Shown here: positions 11,736 to 25,043 of the stretch, piece after piece | How positions within the stretch are numbered: position 1 is the stretch's first letter | How the letters are laid out: each line of letters begins with the position of its first letter | DNA from: Tubiluchus corallicola | Lineage: Eukaryota; Animalia; Priapulida | Length of the DNA: 47,263 nucleotides | Assembly: GCA_030141605.1 (NCBI GenBank) | Contig: JAQGDQ010001325.1 | Coordinates: 1-47,263 of the forward strand | Reading direction: 5' to 3' | Made by a program: the position numbers and the translations under genes | The notes under the pieces: generated by a model | The model's input: only the letters and a program-made list of their open reading frames with translations | Told to the model about the DNA's origin: nothing | Database searches by the model: none

Positions 11736-13462
11736 CAGAAGCGGATCCGGAGAGGGGTGCGCACCCCCCCCCCTCCGTTTTGTCAAATGGAAATTAAATA
11801 CAACGGCGTTCCGTTCGCCGTGTAAATACGGGAAATTTAACTTAAAGTAAAACTGGACGCAATCTTAAACTGCAGGTCAAAACAATCTACTCTTTCATAT
11901 ATTAAAAGGAAACAAACTATTTTTTCAAAAATGACTTACGTGAAAGAATTATTACCACACAAACACAATTTCACGTTCACGCCACTAGTTCTTCTCTGTT
12001 ACATGCATTTCGCCATTCGCTACTTAGATGGGCACAAGCGCCTGCATTTCGGAAGCGCATTGCACAAAAAACAGGTGCTGTACCTCTCAGTTTAGATGTG
12101 CTAGTTTGTGACAGCTCAACCGTGATCACAATTTAAATCTTAAAACTTGCCTAATTTTAGTACAACACACTGAATATCTTACAGTAGCACTGTACTTCAA
12201 ATTTTGCTTTCGCAAACACGTGCAACATGCTCGTTGAATATTTTTGCTCTCGAAAATTATGTTACTTTGTGATGTCATCAATAGTTGGGGTCCCCCGCCG
12301 TTAATTAAGTCTTTAATCTATTATTTAATTATCAGAAACGCGTTTGCAGTATTAATTCCGTTAAAATGTATACTTTTTATCTGACTTGAAAATGGGGTAG
12401 TAAAATCATCCTGGATTCCTTTAATACTGTAACCCTGGATCATAGCTTTGCGAAATCAGAAAGCCTGCATAGCTGATCGGCCATTGGCAACGTTGCTCTG
12501 TACGTAACTGCAGTGTACAAGTGCAGCATGTACGTTGCTCTGTACGTAACTGCAGTGTACAAGTACAGCGTGTACGTTTCTCTGTACGTAACTGCAGTGT
12601 ACAAGTACAGCGTGAACGTTGCTCTGTACGTACCTGCAGTGTACAAGTACAGCGTGTACGTTGCTCTGTACGTAACTGCAGTGTACACGTACAGCGTGAA
12701 CGTTGCTCTGTACGTAACTGCAGTGTACAAGTACAGCGTGAACGTTGCTCTGTACGTAACTGCAGGGTACAAGTACAGCATGTACGTTGCTCTGTACGTA
12801 ACTGCAGGGTACAAGTACAGCGTGAACGTTGCTCTGTACGTAACTGCAGTGTACAAGTACAGCGTGAACGTTGCTCTGTACGTAACTGCAGTGTACAAGT
12901 ACAGCGTGAACGTTGCTCTGTACGTAACTGCAGTGTACACGTACAGCGTGAACGTTGCTCTGTACGCAACTGCAGTGTACAAGTACAGCGTGAACGTTTC
13001 TCTGCAGTGTACAAGTACAGCGTGTACAAAAATGTCGAAGCGCGTGTTGTGGCGGAGCTAGAGTGCTGTAAAGAAATGGCTTCCGTGCACGGCTTCATAA
13101 CTGTCGTCTGGGCACTTATTTCTTGCTCTAATTGGTATCCCTCATCTACCGACTTGTGTTAATTGTATTAATACAACCTGCGACAGACTGTTAGTATATA
13201 ATGTTCACATCATTTACGGCTGAGTTTTTAATTTGCTACATTGCTAAGTAAAGCTTTTATTTTGTCCAAAATAAAACAGATTCATTTTGTTACGTAGTTC
13301 ACATTGTCTATAAATACTGTATATTAGAAAATACAGGTTGGATGGACGTTTTCTAGAAAAAAAATCACGTTTTTAAGTAGCGTAAAAGTCACCAATATGC
13401 TTCCCCTAGCTAAGCTAACCTCGACTTACCCCTCCCTTTCAAAAATCCTGCATCCGCCCCTG
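11736..13462. mobile_element. Possible older hAT-type non-autonomous element containing a 42-bp minisatellite
   Basis: Imperfect TIRs CAGAAGCGGATCCGG / CCTGCATCCGCCCCTG resemble the CAGGGGCGGA family. No clean TSD found. Confidence 0.45.
12490..13028. repeat. Minisatellite, about 12.5 x 42 bp
   Basis: Unit aacgttgctctgtacgtaactgcagtgtacaagtacagcgtg. It gives the 14-aa periodic ORFs in four frames. Confidence 0.97.
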
Positions 13463-13535
13463 GAACGGAAGTGCTTAACTTTATTACAAGAGCTTAAATG
13501 GTATCACAATTTCTCAATAAATTTGTTGCCATTAT

Positions 13536-16500
13536 CGTTGATTTGTTTTTATCTAATAATCATCTTGTAGAGTTCTATCGGTTCTATTGCATTTATGAAA
13601 CAGGCCTACGTTGTTGATTTGTTTTTATCTAATAATCATCTTATAGAGTTCTATCAATTCTATTGCATTTATGAAACAGGCCTACGTTGTTGATTTGTTT
13701 TTATCTAGTAATCATCTTATAGAGTTCTACCGGTTCTATTGCATTTATGAAACAGGCCTACGTTGTTGATTTGTTTTTATCTAGTAATCATCTTATAGAG
13801 TTCTACCGGTTCTATTGCATTTATGAAACAGGCCTACGTTGTTGATTTGTTTTTATCTAGTAATCATCTTATAGAGTTCTACCGGTTCTATTGCATTTAT
13901 GAAACAGGCCAACGTTGTTGATTTGTTTTTATCTAGTAATCATCTTGTAGAGTTCTGCCGGTTCTATTGCATTTATGAAACAGGCCAACGTTGTTGATTT
14001 GTTTTTATCTAATAATCATCTTATAGAGTTCTACCGGTTCTATTGCATTTATGAAACAGGCCAACGTTGTTGATTTGTTTTTATCTAGTAATCATCTTAT
14101 AGAGTTCTACCGGTTCTATTGCATTTATGAAACAGGCCAACGTTGTTGATTTGTTTTTATCTAATAATCATCTTATAGAGTTCTATCAATTCTATTGCGT
14201 TTATGAAACAGGCCAACGTCGTTGATTTGTTTTTATCTAATAATCATCCTATAGAGTTCTATCAATTCTATTGCATTTATGAAACAGGCCAACGTTGTTG
14301 ATTTGTTTTTATCTAATAATCATCTTATAGAGTTCTATCAATTCTATTGCATTTATGAAACAGGCCACCGTTGTTGATTTGTTTTTATCTAATAATCATC
14401 TTATAGAGTTCTATCAATTCTATTGCATTTATGAAACAGGCCAACGTTGTTGATTTGTTTTTATCTAATAATCATCTTATAGAGTTCTATCAATTCTATT
14501 GCATTTATGAAACAGGCCTACGTTGTTGATTTGTTTTTATCTAATAATCATCTTATAGAGTTCTATCGATTCTATTGCATTTATGAAACAGGCCAACGTT
14601 GTTGATTTGTTTTTATCTAATAATCATCTTATAGAGTTCTATCAATTCTATTGCATTTATGAAACAGGCCACCGTTGTTGATTTGTTTTTATCTAATAAT
14701 CATCTTGTAGAGTTCTGTCGGTTCTATTGCATTTATGAAACAGGCCAACGTCGTTGATTTGTTTTTATCTAATAATCATCTTATAGAGTTCTATCGGTTC
14801 TATTGCATTTATGAAACAGGCCTACGTTGTTGATTTGTTTTTATCTAATAATCATCTTATAGAGTTCTATCAATTCTATTGCATTTATGAAACAGGCCAA
14901 CGTTGTTGATTTGTTTTTATCTAATAATCATCTTATAGAGTTCTATCAATTCTATTGCATTTATGAAACAGGCCAACGTCGTTGATTTGTTTTTATCTAA
15001 TAATCATCTTATAGAGTTCTATCAATTCTATTGCATTTATGAAACAGGCCAACGTCGTTGATTTGTTTTTATCTAATAATCATCTTATAGAGTTCTATCA
15101 ATTCTATTGCATTTATGAAACAGGCCTACGTTGTTGATTTGTTTTTATCTAATAATCATCTTATAGAGTTCTATCAATTCTATTGCATTTATGAAACAGG
15201 CCAACGTCGTTGATTTGTTTTTATCTAATAATCATCTTATAGAGTTCTATCAATTCTATTGCATTTATGAAACAGGCCTACGTTGTTGATTTGTTTTTAT
15301 CTAATAATCATCTTATAGAGTTCTGCCGGTTCTATTGCATTTATGAAACAGGCCAACGTTGTTGATTTGTTTTTATCTAATAATCATCTTGTAGAGTTCT
15401 ATCAGTTCTATTGCATTTATGAAACAGGCCTACGTCGTTGATTTGTTTTTATCCAATAATCATCTTATAGAGTTCTATCAATTCTATTGCATTTATGAAA
15501 CAGGCCTACGTTGTTGATTTGTTTTTATCTAATAATCATCTTATAGAGTTCTGCCGGTTCTATTGCATTTATGAAACAGGCCAACGTTGTTGATTTGTTT
15601 TTATCTAATAATCATCTTGTAGAGTTCTATCAGTTCTATTGCATTTATGAAACAGGCCTACGTTGTTGATTTGTTTTTATCTAATAATCATCTTATAGAG
15701 TTCTATCAATTCTATTGCATTTATGAAACAGGCCAACGTCGTTGATTTGTTTTTATCCAATAATCATCTTATAGAGTTCTATCAATTCTATTGCATTTAT
15801 GAAACAGGCCTACGTTGTTGATTTGTTTTTATCTAGTAATCATCTTATAGAGTTCTACCGGTTCTATTGCATTTATGAAACAGGCCAACGTCGTTGATTT
15901 GTTTTTATCCAATAATCATCTTATAGAGTTCTATCAATTCTATTGCATTTATGAAACAGGCCTACGTTGTTGATTTGTTTTTATCTAGTAATCATCTTAT
16001 AGAGTTCTACCGGTTCTATTGCATTTATGAAACAGGCCAACGTTGTTGATTTGTTTTTATCTAATAATCATCTTGTAGAGTTCTATCGGTTCTATTGCAT
16101 TTATGAAACAGGCCAACGTTGTTGATTTGTTTTTATCTAATAATCATCTTGTAGAGTTCTATCGGTTCTATTGCATTTATGAAACAGGCCAACGTTGTTG
16201 ATTTGTTTTTATCTAATAATCATCTTATAGAGTTCTATCAATTCTATTGCATTTATGAAACAGGCCAACGTTGTTGATTTGTTTTTATCTAATAATCATC
16301 TTATAGAGTTCTATCAATTCTATTGCATTTATGAAACAGGCCAACGTTGTTGATTTGTTTTTATCTAATAATCATCTTATAGAGTTCTATCAATTCTATT
16401 GCATTTATGAAACAGGCCAACGTTGTTGATTTGTTTTTATCTAATAATCATCTTATAGAGTTCTATCAATTCTATTGCATTTATGAAACAGGCCAACGTT

Positions 16501-16862
16501 GTTGATTTGTTTTTATCTAATAATCATCTTATAGAGTTCTATCAATTCTATTGCATTTATGAAACAGGCCAACGTTGTTGATTTTTTTTTATCTAATAAT
16601 CATCTTATAGAGTTCTATCAATTCTATTGCATTTATGAAACAGGCCTACGTTGTTGATTTGCTTTTATCTAATAATCATCTTATAGAGTTCTACCGGTTC
16701 TATTGCATCTATGAAACAGGCCTACGTTGTTGATTTGTTTTTATCTAATAATCATCTTATAGAGTTCTACCGGTTCTATTGCATCTATGAAACAGGCCAA
16801 CGTTGTTGATTTGTTTTTATCTAGTAATCATCTTATAGAGTTCTATCAATTCTATTGCATTA
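13536..16862. repeat. Satellite array, about 44 x 76 bp
   Basis: Unit cgttgttgatttgtttttatctaataatcatcttatagagttctatcaattctattgcatttatgaaacaggcc(t/a)a. The caggcc anchor falls at 13601, 13677 and onward. Confidence 0.98.
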
Positions 16863-16964
16863 CGTTCTATTTGCAAATAAGCATACATGGCTACATTTAT
16901 ACTTAAAATTTTCACATTCCGTGTATCATATTGTATCTAATATATGCGCCATTGTTTTTTTCAG

Positions 16965-17169
16965 TCATTCATATTTCACGAAGAATCGCATCCAAAGTTT
17001 CCATGGTACAAGCAATGCGTCACGTTTGGATCGTTTCCGTCCGAACAACACGAACTCGCTTATAACTTATTCAACATGGCGTCCATGTACCTGTTGCCCC
17101 TCATGGGAATCATCTTCTCCTACACGCTCATCGTCATAGAAATAACGAAAAAATCAAAAGAAGGAAAAG
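16965..17169 (+). CDS. GnRH/AKH(ACP)-receptor-family rhodopsin GPCR, internal exon (ECL2-TM5-ICL3)
   Basis: Acceptor ttttttttcag| (phase 0) and donor G|gtaatt (phase 1). Encodes SFIFHEESHPKFPWYKQCVTFGSFPSEQHELAYNLFNMASMYLLPLMGIIFSYTLIVIEITKKSKEGK. The QCVT ECL2 motif and YxxPL TM5 are characteristic of the GnRH-receptor superfamily. Confidence 0.92.
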
Positions 17170-18144
17170 GTAATTACGTTTTTTTTATTATTACGTGAGG
17201 CAGAGTGCATAGCTACGTGCTCAAGTGTGTGTGTGTGTGCTTCATTTGAGTGGGTCTTCAGTGCCCAGGTTCAATACTCACTCTGAGCGTATTCATTCGC
17301 CATTCTGATACTGGCCGTTCACCATGCAGTAGAGAGAGAATGTATCCCACGTCAGAAAGTGGCTAACACAGATTATCAGGTTCAGTGACTATCGCAGGGT
17401 GTTGTCCTTGATAAGCCAGGTGCCGGTCTTGCCACAAACAAAGTTGTTTAGATTCTGCACAACGTGCCGATGTGTATAAAAAATGAAAACGTACGGCGTG
17501 TCTGAAAAATGTGGCCAATTTTGCTTGGAACATGCAGGGCTAAGCTTTGCAGGGGGGACCAAAGTGGTCGATATTTTGACCCTGGGGGTCGATAAACGTC
17601 TGCGGGTCAAAAAGGTGTCAATAAACAATGGGTCGTTTGCAGCTTTGGGATCGAAAACTGATATTCGTAGAAGAAATAAAAATACGTGAAATGTAACTTG
17701 CTGATACACGTTTCTAATTCGAAAATAATTAGCTTTTATTGTCTATTTAATTATGTCGTGTTTTGTGAACCATAATCATAATAATATAGTTACAATAATT
17801 GTAATTGTAACAATATTTGGAATCAGAAGACAATGTTATAATAATACTTGTTTCCACATGGATGAATGTGGAATATAACTGGAAGATTAACCCTTTCCCC
17901 ACATTTGAAATTGTAGTTTTGTTGTTTTAATAAAAAAGTGAATTAAATGGCGCCTGTGTGTTAGGATTATACATGTACTATTATAGTCTATAGTCTGCTA
18001 ATTAACTCTGCTAATTAGCTGTAGTTAATTGTCTTTCTTGGATCGTGTTGATTTCTACAGTTCGTGTTAATTTCATTTGAAAGATTTAATAGATTAATTT
18101 CGCAATAAACATATACATATACATTACATGTGCATCGATAATCA

Positions 18145-18545
18145 GGTTTTGTTAATACAGAAATATGATACAATTCATGAATTCTGCGCTAGAGACCTAA
18201 GAAGCTAGCTTATGGTAGGCCACTAGAATTAGTTACGAAAAAAAATTACGATATATACAGATACAATATTACAATATATACAAATATATATACGGGTGGG
18301 AAGTAATAAAAATATTATTATACTAGAGGGGAAGTTTTTGAAAATGAAAAACAACAAATCATGATTGAGTGATCAGTTATATGTTTCGAGTAAGTTTAAT
18401 TTATAATTTTTTTTTAAATATGGACAGCGAGTTGGCATTTTTAATAGCTGGAGCGATTGAATTCCATATGTAAGGGCCATTGTATTTAATAGAATATTTT
18501 CTAACATTTGTGTTGCACTGTATGTAGTGATAGTTAAGTCTATGA
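18145..18545 (-). mobile_element. 3' fragment of a LINE (Crack/L2/CR1 group): ORF2 C-terminus plus 3' UTR
   Basis: Minus strand reads QCNTNVRKYSIKYNGPYIWNSIAPAIKNANSLSIFKKKL, the usual ORF2 C-terminal motif. Confidence 0.75.
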
Positions 18546-18649
18546 CGTGTGCAAATAGAATTCATGACCCCATTCTACGTCCTGGCTTGTGGGCCTTTAG
18601 GAGCAATCAAAAGTTCTTCTGCTTCTGTTATAGTGTGCACACTCTTCAT

Positions 18650-19264
<615 letters not shown>

Positions 19265-21194
19265 CTCTTCATGTACAGACTATTGGCTAGAATCTAATTC
19301 GTTATACCATTAGGCAGAAAATTTTTGAAACAGTAACTCTTCTTGTTCACGTACATCCATTTCACTAGTATCATCATCTTCGCAACCATAACTCAGGTCT
19401 GGTTGCACATCTTTCATTAGGCTTTACGAATCTCTTCACTGACCGCCAGGGTTTTTTCGCCTTTCGTTTTACCTCCTAAAGTCTGCGATTCTTATACGTT
19501 TATCTGCCAAAATTACACAAATGCCATTGAGGGAACACTTCTTGTAGAAACGGAAGGAGTCGTTACGTTCCCCCGGGCTCTATGTATATAATATGAACTG
19601 GCCATAAACAGGTTAACGCATCAGTAATATCTCCGTGAATGCCCTAATTTTAGGAAGCCTGGTAAAGCAAAAATAGCGCTCTACTGAGGTAACAGAGCTC
19701 CTTGTTGGCGTGGATGAGTCATACATTTTGACAGGAAAATAACCTTAAGTAGTTTATTCCATTTAATTAACGTGCTACATGCACTTTAAGCAGTTACACA
19801 TAAACCATGTTGTTACTTATGCTAAATTTAAAAATTAAAGAATAACTTCCAGAATTTGGCGTCCTAAGCAACCGTCTAATTCGCCTAGTAACGTAACCGG
19901 TTTACAAGGGATGTGTGCGTTGTCATTAACAGCTCATTAAAAGCGGATTGATGCAAATTATTCATGATTATAGAGATTCTCGGGACTCTAATAATTGCCC
20001 TGTGCAAGGTAAATACTGACGTGTGTAACTTCAACCATAGGGGCCGGGGGAGTCAGAGGGTGCGGTTGCCCTCCCAGGGCAAATGAATTGTACATTTCCA
20101 GCGAAAATGTCCTTCAATATCCGAAAATTGCTTATGTATTCCATTACGAATATCTCCTTTCACTGGATGCAATTAGTGTTTCTTGAACGACGAGTTGTTT
20201 TAACTTTTAATAACTGTAAAGTTATAATAGTACCTGCTATCAATTTCAGTTCACTCAGCCTCATAAGTCTTTTTTATACTCTATATATCTCTATAATGTG
20301 CTTCTCAATGTGCTGGCAAAGTTATAGACACGTTTGCAGAAGAAAAACATGGGCCGTCACCATTATTTTTTTTTGAATTTTGGAAAATGTTAGAAAACGT
20401 ATTGTGAAAGTACATTTGTATGTTATTTCAGTGAAAATGCAAACCTTTGGTTTGTGTCTTGTCTTTTAGTAAAGGTTATTACAATTTGGATTTCTTAGGC
20501 TTGTATACTACTAAAATTGTAATTAGTATAGCGCGCCAGGAGATGACTGCCCCCTTCAAAATAGGGCAACTTAGAAAATGCTCAGGGCAAAATTCCTTAT
20601 GCCATCTTGTGAAACTTCCTGCCATTCGGCAAATTGCTTTTGCGATTTGAAATTGAGTTAGCTAATGCACACAGTTATCTACAAACATTCAAATCTAACA
20701 AAAACTTCATGTTGGTGATTACCAAGATATTTAGTGGCTATAAAATTTTTCATAGCCAGCAATAATGACTTCGAGGCTCGAGAATCTTTTAAATGTTGAT
20801 TAGTCGTCGTGAAGACCCTATGAAGTGGTATACAACAATAGTGTTGTGGAAAAATTGATATTACATGTGTGGGAAAAGTGTTAATGCTCCAAATGAAAGT
20901 GCTAGATCGTTATGCCCACACTGTTAGACTAACAGGTACCACGTACTTTTATGTATATATATAATGTGTGTGTGTATATATATATCAGAAGTCGGTACAT
21001 TATACATTAAACTCCCACTCCAACTCCGGCTCGGTTTGCAGTACTCTCAATATTTGGCTACAGTGGTTTTTTATCACTACTTCTTATGCTCGAAAAACAG
21101 TCTAGCTGCATGGACAGCGATACGAAAGCGTCTCAGAATGGGACGTTATGCATAAATGCGTTAAAAGTTAAAAGTAGCTGGAGTTTGTGTTCCT

Positions 21195-21380
<186 letters not shown>

Positions 21381-22057
21381 ATGTGCAAGGCATTAACCAC
21401 AGATTTCTTTTTTAATTTCTTGTTTAGTTATCTTTGTGTAGCTCAAAAGTTCAAAACCTCTTCGTTTTCTCACATCCATGGCTTCATTTCTGTGCTTAAT
21501 TACTTCTCGTAAAGCACCTGACCGACTATGCAATATCCGGCCGGTAAATATAAGCCCTCTTAATCAATAAGTAGTACTCTAGTACTCTCTTGGGACTTCG
21601 TTAATAAACGCAATTTGCACCTGCCTACATAAATTTACGACACAGCAAGTTGAACACACCTTGTGCTTGCGGACACTGATGAAATGAAAGTGAGTACGCT
21701 AAACTGCTTGTCATTATTTTATATTTAGGCAGAGTAGTTTATTAAGCTATTGCAAACGTAGTACACAGAAGTAATTGTCGCAATGGCTGCCTTGGAAAAT
21801 ATATTCTGGACATATGTCATGTTCAGTGTACATGTACCAGACTAGACCTCAGCTTCTGCCTTGTCAACAAGTTAAATATAATTTTTATAGGCTAGAAATT
21901 GGTCTTAACCTGAATATAAGTAACCTAACTAACCTAAATAATCTAAATTACTAGTACTAGCACATATTATCAACAAAGAAAGGCACTGCCCTGCTTGTGA
22001 AATCGATATTTATTACCTCAGTTTATCTGTTGATTAGCACGAAAATTTTTAAGGTTA

Positions 22058-23022
22058 ATGTATGGCCTACAGAAACGTAGTGAAGTACCTTTACTTCATT
22101 ACCGTGAATGTAGAATTATGCAATTAGATTATTTAATTAAATTTAATATTGCAGTATTCATGTATAAATGCAATAATAGACTATTTCCTAAGTTTTTTGC
22201 AATTCCTATCAAATTGACATCTAAGAGACATAATACAAGATTTAATCAATACATTGTGCCTTTCTCTAGAACCAACATAGCTAAACATTTTATAATATAT
22301 CAAGGACCAAAAGTCTGGAATGAGATTTGTCAATCCGCAAAAGATAGCAGATCTATTACTAGATTTAAAAAAATGCTAAAAAATCAAATTTTAAGTAAGT
22401 ATCAGTGAGTAATAAAAATTTCTATCAGTATCCATCCTCACAGTAGTTGCCAAACAGTGGTATTAGCTTAATCAAGTTATTTTAAATTTATATTAAAAAA
22501 TAATAGTCTTTCTATCTTTTATATCATCCCATATATGAGCTTCATTCATTACGTCATTCCATTTTAAGCACCATTTTTAAGCACATAACTCCCCTCACCG
22601 TCTGAGACTTACCTACTCAATGAAGCAGCAGTACATACATATAGCTACAAGTATCAGCCTCAAATATCCTAAAGCAAATGTAGTTATTATAGGGTACTAA
22701 ACAATGCACTAAACGAAATTAAATAAAAAACCAAATCAAATTTAGACAAAATTACCGTAGTACTCAATCTCACACATATAACAGTAATATTATATGTTAT
22801 ATTAGTAACAATCCTGAGAGGGTGGCTGACCTCGATAACTTATAGTTCTTTCGCCACCCTTTCACCACTAATCAATAATTACTTTTGTACTTTGTAATAT
22901 TATTGTATGTTGTACAGATTTATAAATCTCTTAGTTATGTATTTTGCTGTTTTAAAAATGGTGATAAACTAATAAACTTACTTACTTACTTACTTACTTA
23001 TTTACTTAGTTACTTACTTACC

Positions 23023-23078
<56 letters not shown>
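22058..23078 (+). mobile_element. 5'-truncated LINE (Crack/L2/CR1 group): ORF2 C-terminus, 3' UTR, stem-loop and (TTAC)n tail
   Basis: ORF 22058-22408 contains FMYK...HNTR...VPFSRTNIAKHFIIYQGPKVWNEI...FKKMLK. Hairpin agggtggc (22819)/gccaccct (22853). AATAAA at 22971 is followed by the (TTAC)n tail. Confidence 0.85.
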
Positions 23079-23549
23079 CCAAGTACATCTACATGAACAT
23101 ATCACAAATCTGTTTCTGCAAGTAAAGGATATACCCAATAACGAAAAATTTACACATCTGGCGTAAACTTATTCAACATTCGTCTCTGTTTTATTCTGCT
23201 AATATTCAGCTTGCATATACATTAATTTAAGGCCTTTAATGTGATACAGCAATGCCACAACAATTCATTTATTACAAATGTACCAAAAACATTTACTATG
23301 ATTTACATACCTTGTTACTTGTACCGTAACAGAAGAAATTGAGAAATCACATTTGAAAATACAGGGCATGCCTAATAAGAGTTGTGCAAGTTGCTACGTA
23401 AATGACACCAATACACAAATCTCTAAAAATCACATTTCTCCTTGTCCAATTCTTAGTAATTCCTTTATACACCTTAGGCATCGTATATTGTCAATTTTAA
23501 ATTTCAATATTTTGTTTTTGTAACAGCCGCTACGAAAAACAAGAGAAAT

Positions 23550-25043
23550 TTAATCATAACAACCTCCAACTGCTAGCCTAAGAATTGGGTCGAATGACTT
23601 TTCAGCCAGTACAAGCACAATGCCTGGACTAATCGGGTTTGTACCTCCTTTTCGCTGGTCAGGTAACTGAATTATTTGCGTTTGCTGATTGCTTGACTGC
23701 CGTGGTTGGCAGTCTGGTAAATTTAAATTGTCTACTGACATGTAGCATTTGTTATTTGGATCCAGGCCTTTATTTTTTGGAAACCAATCTTCGGCCACCA
23801 CGCGAATACCAGCAGCTGCAATTTGCTTTGGTAAAGTTACTTTATATTTATTATCCGGCGAAATAATGTAATTTTCGCTCATTAACTTTACCTCTTTGTC
23901 ATTTAAAACGCTCAAAACTTCATGCCTTCCACCAGTGTTTGTATACCATGTCCACTTATTGTCCTTGTCTAGATACTGAAACTTAAATTTGGTTACCAAG
24001 CGGCCTGTATAATTATAATATTTCGTTAGAATCTCTTCCGGCCAGAGTTCAAGTACTGTACTTTCAATGCCGGGCTTTATCCAAAAAGTCCTTATAAGGA
24101 TTCCTTTGTCGAACCGAACTTCAATCATAGGGCGGTAGTACAGGTTGTTTCCACGAACTGCGTTGTACTCAAATACAAATCCTCTCTCGTCCGCAATTTT
24201 GACATTCTCTGGGCCATTACCTTTATCCCAGTTTTGGGTTGGTGTAATATACAAGTTATCTCTTTCTTGGACTTCATTTCCATCTGCTGGAAAAAGCGGA
24301 TACCCGTCCCCTCGTAATCTTTCTGCCAACTCAGGATTAAAATCATAATTTCCACTACTCACTGAAGCCCTCGCATCATTAAATGTCTGCTGGATTTCTT
24401 CATCGTCTGAACTTGTAACTTCCGATGTACCCAAATCATAATACCCAACCATTGCAAAACTAACTGAATTTAAATTGCTGAAGGAGAAAAATTTCGTTTT
24501 GTCGCAGGTGTACTGCTCTTCCTCTTTCATCTGTATCTGGCAGAATGTTCCAGCGTATCCTGGAGAACACAAACATTTGTAGCCTTCAGATGTATACATA
24601 TTGTTTTCTTGAAAAATGATATTTTTGCAGGTACCACCGTTCGTGCATTTGTGCAAAGCCGTTTGTCCCTTCCCATCTCCGCTGCATTCGTCAATATCAT
24701 TTTCACACATTTTACCAGTAAAACCTGCCGGACACGTACATTTGAAGTCATTGTTAGGCAAACTTACACATGAAGCCTGTCTCGTAGTTTCAATTCCACA
24801 AATCCACGTAGCGAATTTCATACTAACACACAAATTAACTTTCTGGTCGCTAGGAAGGAGTATTTTAGCCACAGACAGCGCCTTCTCTCGGGCCTTTGCT
24901 GTTCCATATCTGCCTCTGGCAACATCCTCTTCGACCACACTCAGCATAGCATCGTAGACTGGTTCCATTAGAAATTTATCATAACCTGAGCATAGACCAA
25001 GTAACGCTTGCCAGAAAAGCGTCCATCTTAGTGCGCTTTTCAT
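23550..25043 (-). CDS. Secreted EGF-EGF-discoidin (F5/8 type C)-like protein, 497 aa, nested antisense in the GPCR intron
   Basis: Uninterrupted 1494-bp ORF from ATG 25043 (the track's 25058 start is GTG). Signal peptide MKSALRWTLFWQALLGLCSG. EGF1 ends CTCPAGFTGKMC; EGF2 is Ca-binding-like, DIDEC...CTNGGTCKN...CLCSPGYAGTFC. Discoidin-like strands: IEVRF, VTKFKFQY...W.WY, LPKQIAAAGIRVVAEDW, ILRLAVGGC. Minus-strand AATAAA at 23268-23273. Confidence 0.9.
   Translation of the reverse strand: MKSALRWTLFWQALLGLCSGYDKFLMEPVYDAMLSVVEEDVARGRYGTAKAREKALSVAKILLPSDQKVNLCVSMKFATWICGIETTRQASCVSLPNNDFKCTCPAGFTGKMCENDIDECSGDGKGQTALHKCTNGGTCKNIIFQENNMYTSEGYKCLCSPGYAGTFCQIQMKEEEQYTCDKTKFFSFSNLNSVSFAMVGYYDLGTSEVTSSDDEEIQQTFNDARASVSSGNYDFNPELAERLRGDGYPLFPADGNEVQERDNLYITPTQNWDKGNGPENVKIADERGFVFEYNAVRGNNLYYRPMIEVRFDKGILIRTFWIKPGIESTVLELWPEEILTKYYNYTGRLVTKFKFQYLDKDNKWTWYTNTGGRHEVLSVLNDKEVKLMSENYIISPDNKYKVTLPKQIAAAGIRVVAEDWFPKNKGLDPNNKCYMSVDNLNLPDCQPRQSSNQQTQIIQLPDQRKGGTNPISPGIVLVLAEKSFDPILRLAVGGCYD

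Noticed and set aside
12421-13162. Four overlapping 180-225 aa ORFs with 14-aa periodicity
   Set aside because: A by-product of a 42-bp unit (a multiple of 3) that is open on both strands.
13536-16862. CRISPR-like array (also considered for 43878-44187 and 12490-13028)
   Set aside because: Units are head-to-tail with no unique spacers, there are no cas genes, and the context is eukaryotic.
20037-20822. Possible hAT element starting CATAGGGGCC
   Set aside because: No convincing partner TIR or 8-bp TSD was found.
23639-24957. Short plus-strand and alternate-frame ORFs overlapping the EGF gene
   Set aside because: These are shadow ORFs of the real minus-strand CDS, with no GPCR similarity. 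The two receptor exons already join in frame.
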